A stretch of 64,000 nucleotides of DNA, from assembly GCA_044892525.1 (NCBI GenBank), contig CM097887.1, positions 61,566,001 through 61,630,000 of the forward strand, read 5' to 3'. The translations under genes were made by a program, and so were the position numbers. Under the pieces are notes generated by a model. That model was not told where the DNA came from. It searched no databases and saw only the letters and a list, made by a program, of their open reading frames with translations. Positions 59,560-64,000 of the stretch are shown piece by piece. Position 1 is the first letter of the stretch, and each line of letters opens with the position of its first letter. This DNA is from Schmidtea polychroa. Lineage: Eukaryota.

Positions 59560-60885
59560 ATGTCAAATGAACGGAAGATATACGTGGGCAACTTACCTCC
59601 GGATTCCACGTCCAGAGACATAGAAAAGTTATTCAGTTGTTTTGGTAAAATAATAGACATTGACATAAAAAATCGGAATGGCCCACCATTTGCTTTTATT
59701 CAATTTGATGATCGAAGGTACTTTACCTTTAGAGGTTGCAACGTTAACTAGTCACATTAAATCTTTTTTTTCCATTTTAGAGATGCCGAGGATGCTATTA
59801 GAGAACGAGATAATTATGACTTGGAGGGATTTTCATTGCGAGTCGAGTTTCCAAGGGAGATTAAACAGAATAAAAAAGACTATAAAGAATATTCTAGATA
59901 CGAGAACCCGTTATACGCACCGCCGTTTGATCCATATGACATGTACTTACCGTATAATTATGGACCATTTCCAAGGCAGGATAGATTTCAATATTATGGG
60001 GATTACAGGCGTAACAATAACTACAACAATTATTCATATCAAAATCGAAGACCGAGACCTCCTAAAAGTACTGATTATCGGGTTTTTATTTCAAATATAC
60101 CGCCATACTCTAATTGGCAGGATATAAAGGATTTTATGAGGAGGTATGGCGATGTAAGCTATGCAGATGTATTTGGAAACGGAACCGGTGTTTGTGATTT
60201 TGTGTCGAAAGAGGATTTTAGATACGTGTTGAAATATGTTAACAACGTTAAATTTAAAACAGTTTCGGTAATAATTAATTTAATTTACATTAATTATTAA
60301 TTTAATTAATATAATAATTTAATTGTGGATTTTATATTATAAATATTTTGTACAGAATATACAGTTCATTTTATAACCAATATTCATGGGGGCAAATTAG
60401 GTTTTTTATTCAATTATAAATTGTGGAAAGTTTCAATTTTAAACTGGTAAAAAGCTTCGGTTAAAACAAATGAAATAATTATTTCGTCTCATTGATATAT
60501 TCAATTTACTTTTAAGAATTGTACTTGGATTGCTGTAGGATTTTACTTCTGTCATTTATTTTTGAAAACTATCAAGTAAACTTTAATTATCAATCAAGCT
60601 TTGACAGATTAATTGCAAAGAAAATACTGATATTTTATCTATTTGATATTCTAGGGTCAAACTTCATATATCAAAGTTGAGGAAGATAAAACTAGAAAGA
60701 GAAGTTACCATAAAAGATCACCTCGAATGCATAATAAATCGAGAAGCAGATCAAGGTCGAAAAGTAAATCGAGAAGTAGTAAATCGTCTCATTCAACTAC
60801 TCGAGATAAAAGTTCAACTAGTTCAGAGAGGTCAAAGAGTGGTCGAAAACGGATTTCCAAATCCAGATCAAATGAGAATGATTAA
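59560..60885 (+). CDS. SR splicing factor, SRSF1/SRSF9-like (RRM-RRMH-RS), 3 exons
   Basis: IYVGNLPPD..PPFAFIQFDD, NWQDIKDFMR, |GQTSYIKVE, RS tail. Exons 59560-59717, 59781-60267, 60655-60885. Confidence 0.9.
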
Positions 60886-63528
60886 TGATTGCTCACTTAA
60901 ATTGAATCTGTTGTAAAACTTTGTTTATCCAATTTAATTAATAATTAAATTTTTATATTTTTTATACATACAATAAATTTTGTTGTAAATTAATACAGTT
61001 ATTACAACAGCTTGACAATCTTAAGTATAGTGGAATAAGATTATTTTTTGGAATTTCTTAATGGTCAGTAGATTATTACTAAAAACTCTACCTTCGTTTA
61101 TTCTATTAGTTTTTATTTTATTCGTTAGATGGAGTACTAAAGGGTTAAGCAAAATAAACCACCTTTGAACAACTATTTTCATTTTTCAGAATAGATCAAT
61201 GTTTTATATTAATGGGCAGGGCAGTCGAGAGCCAGGCCGGGCCCCGCTGCAATTCGTCAGTACGGGCCATCTTTGCAATTATAAACTGATATATTTTTTT
61301 AAAAACATTTGTTTTAGTTATCATTTTTATTAATTATGAAATTACATGATACATATAATCTTAAATTGTCACAAACTTAGATTTTTAAAATTATTTAATT
61401 ATATAAAAATGCCAAATACGATTATATCGCGGGCCCCGATGATTTGCATCGTCCTCTTATCAGTGATATTAATGGGGTATCTGAAACCTAGAAAACCAGC
61501 GCTCTAGATAAATATTTCCCACAACGTAACAAATTTGATGTATAGTTGTAAAAATACAAATGAAATATTAAGAAAAACAAATTAAAGATGAACAAAAATA
61601 GATTTTAATAATAAATTATCCATAGAAATAACGAAAACAAAGATTTTTTTCATTATAAATTGCAGTTTTAATCATATATCAGTGCCGGTTGGGTTGCATA
61701 GGTTTTTGCATGATGAGAACTTGTTGCCGCATACCTTTCGACACTTGAAACCAGCTTCGCAATATTGCATACATTCTTTAAATAAATCTTTACAATTTTC
61801 TTCACATAATTTTAATTCAACAGCAAAAAGGGTTTTATTCACTACAAACAAACAAAATATCTGAAAATATTAAACAAGTAAATAAATGTCGCAGTTTATG
61901 TCGGAAATATTCTTCATAAGCTGCTATTTTAAACAAAAACAATTTTGTAATTTCCAATCAATTTTTAATTGGATTTTATTAATTTGCAATTTCATCATTT
62001 TCAAATTTTTATATTTGTAAATGAGATTAATTTATAAATTTAATTTAATATATAAAATTATAATATAATATAATATATAAAACGAACATAATTAAAGTTC
62101 ATTTAAAATCGTGAAATGTTAAAAACTTTAAAATTTTTTAAAAAATATATTTGATAGTTTTATAAAATTCACTAAAGGTTGATAATAAATATATTATTTA
62201 TTTATATTTTACAAAAATCGTAAAGCTACATACCAAATTCAGAAAAATGTTCATTATTTTCAAAGAATAGAGTAATTTAGATAAAATTTTATCACATTTA
62301 ATTTAATTTGCTGCGAAAAAACATTTTATATCTGAACTCAACGTGTGCTACCGAATGAATAAATTAGTTACACTCAAATTTAGATAAAGAAAATAAATTC
62401 GTACAAGGACTTTTAAATATTTAAATTGCTTTATAAAAATTTAGTTAATTTAAAAAAATTTTGAACTCCTTTAACCCTTAATAACCTAAATAATATATTT
62501 TTTTACTAAAATGAACTAACTATTATTTCTCACAAAACTTCATTAGAACACATCAATTGCTTGTTACAGCTCTACTGACTTTTCTGTACATACACAAACA
62601 CTTCCCAACACGATTTGTTTTATACAAACAAATACAAATTTTGCAAATAACGAACCAATGGAATGTTATGCCAAAAAGGGTTAATTGAGAAAATAATCAA
62701 AAAAATTGTTAATTTTCTAATTTTGCAATATCAGTTTAAAAAATAAATATTTTATAAATATGTCCTTAGGTATTTTTTTCTTTGTCGCAACCATTTATCT
62801 ATATCAAACAGTTTTCTAAATTTTTTAATATTAAAAACAGCTCACTAAAAGTTGTCTATGCTATATGAATTACGTGTGCTTATATTATTTTTGAAAATCG
62901 ACCATTTTATTCAAATTTACTTTAAATACTTTGTTTTTCAAATTGTTTTTTCACTATTGCTAACGTCACTTGTGAGTGGTGCAGCTTGGTTACATCTTGT
63001 TTTTATTGGGATATGTTATGGATTTTTCCTTTTCTTCTGAAATCGGATTTTTTATTAAACCCTTGAAGTACTTGTAATCCTCAGCTTCCTAATATTTTAC
63101 TCCAACAAAATAAAAAAGTAATTTGTAGTGTTCATGGATTAATAATTTAAATTAAAAAAATATTTTTCTAAATAAATAAACTTTTAATAAAATATTTTTT
63201 TTTAAATTTTCAAATATTTTAGATTTAAAATTTTTTATTATTTTTTTCGAATATGCAATTTAAAATCTATAAAGTTTTTCGTTTCTAACTGATGATGACA
63301 GTAAATTTGACGAAATGTATAATATAAGTGATATTTAAGTGCGTTTTCTAACATTATTATAATGTCATAAAATAAATAAGAAAAATTACAAACAATGTAC
63401 ATTTATTTTTTTTTCATTATTTGTAAATGGATTCACCGTGTCAGAATTTTGTCTGTTTATAAATATGAAAAAATAATTAAAAATGAATTCTTAATTTTAA
63501 TTAATAATAACATCAATAGCTCTTGTTA

Positions 63529-64000
63529 ATGTCTAGTACTACTTTTACATCCAATTCAAGTTCATCTTATGATGAGAAAGGAAGGCAAAAATTGGATTAC
63601 TTTTCCTACTACTCAGTTTTGGTATCTTTATGTTTTCTTATAGTTGCCTTGGCCAGTAGATTTTGGGGCTGCGGCCACATCATTACAGAATGCTTTCATT
63701 CCAAAGTTATTCAACAAACATTGGTAAGAAAGATGGCAGTAGTATTGGCAATTATTTTCTTTTTCATAGGTGGAATATTAATGACTGCCTTCTCAGTTCT
63801 ATTCCTAATGTCTTTGTGTTCTTCTACTACAAACAACTTCGGAACAAGAAAATTTTTGATTTTAGTAATTTGGCCTGTAAATTTAATGGCGAATGTATGT
63901 TTTGCGATAGCAAATCACATTTTATGGAATCAGTTGTTATTTCTCCTAGTGGCCTTATGCTGGATTTTTGCGGCATTGATAAGATATCATGCCGAAATAA
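63529..64000 (+). CDS. Small four-TM membrane protein, paralog 2 (runs off the window)
   Basis: Open frame from ATG 63529, highly similar to 45093-45686; shares ~47 bp of identical upstream sequence. Confidence 0.8.
   Translation, partial: MSSTTFTSNSSSSYDEKGRQKLDYFSYYSVLVSLCFLIVALASRFWGCGHIITECFHSKVIQQTLVRKMAVVLAIIFFFIGGILMTAFSVLFLMSLCSSTTNNFGTRKFLILVIWPVNLMANVCFAIANHILWNQLLFLLVALCWIFAALIRYHAEI

Noticed and set aside
61215-61475. hAT-like MITE remnant (CAGGGCAGTCGAGAG..GGGCCC); also CAGTGCTTCTCAACC on the minus strand at ~59130-59145
   Set aside because: Only one convincing end in each case and no TSD.

Overview
AT-rich animal genomic DNA with short GT-AG introns (about 44-63 bp). A flatworm is my inference from gene content and cannot be proven here. 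Roughly three quarters of the window is nested mobile DNA. (1) A complete 15.0-kb Polinton/Maverick (2806-17849; AGTAGT...ACTACT ends, ~0.9-kb TIRs, TTTGTA TSD) carries pPolB, integrase, ATPase, protease and major and minor capsid genes, some disabled, plus four tRNA-like Pol III A-box/B-box/poly-T cassettes. (2) A Ty3/Gypsy LTR element (20271-39770; 1.09-kb LTRs, TTTG TSD) reconstructs to one polyprotein, Gag - chuvirus-type glycoprotein - PR - RT - RH - IN - FN3/mucin/TM, followed by a separate ORF with a catalytically dead REX4/ISG20-like fold. (3) A family of ~5.7-5.9-kb TG...CA elements with 4-bp TSDs has three full copies, one nested in another, plus older remnants. They lack any recombinase but carry two conserved ORFs and conserved RNA-like hairpins. 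Host genes: a disrupted MANF copy, a CCDC137-like gene, an ankyrin-repeat gene, two inverted paralogous 4-TM genes and an SRSF1/9-like gene. A Stowaway-type MITE and a 217-N assembly gap are also present. All homology calls come from motif recognition by eye; no database searches were run.
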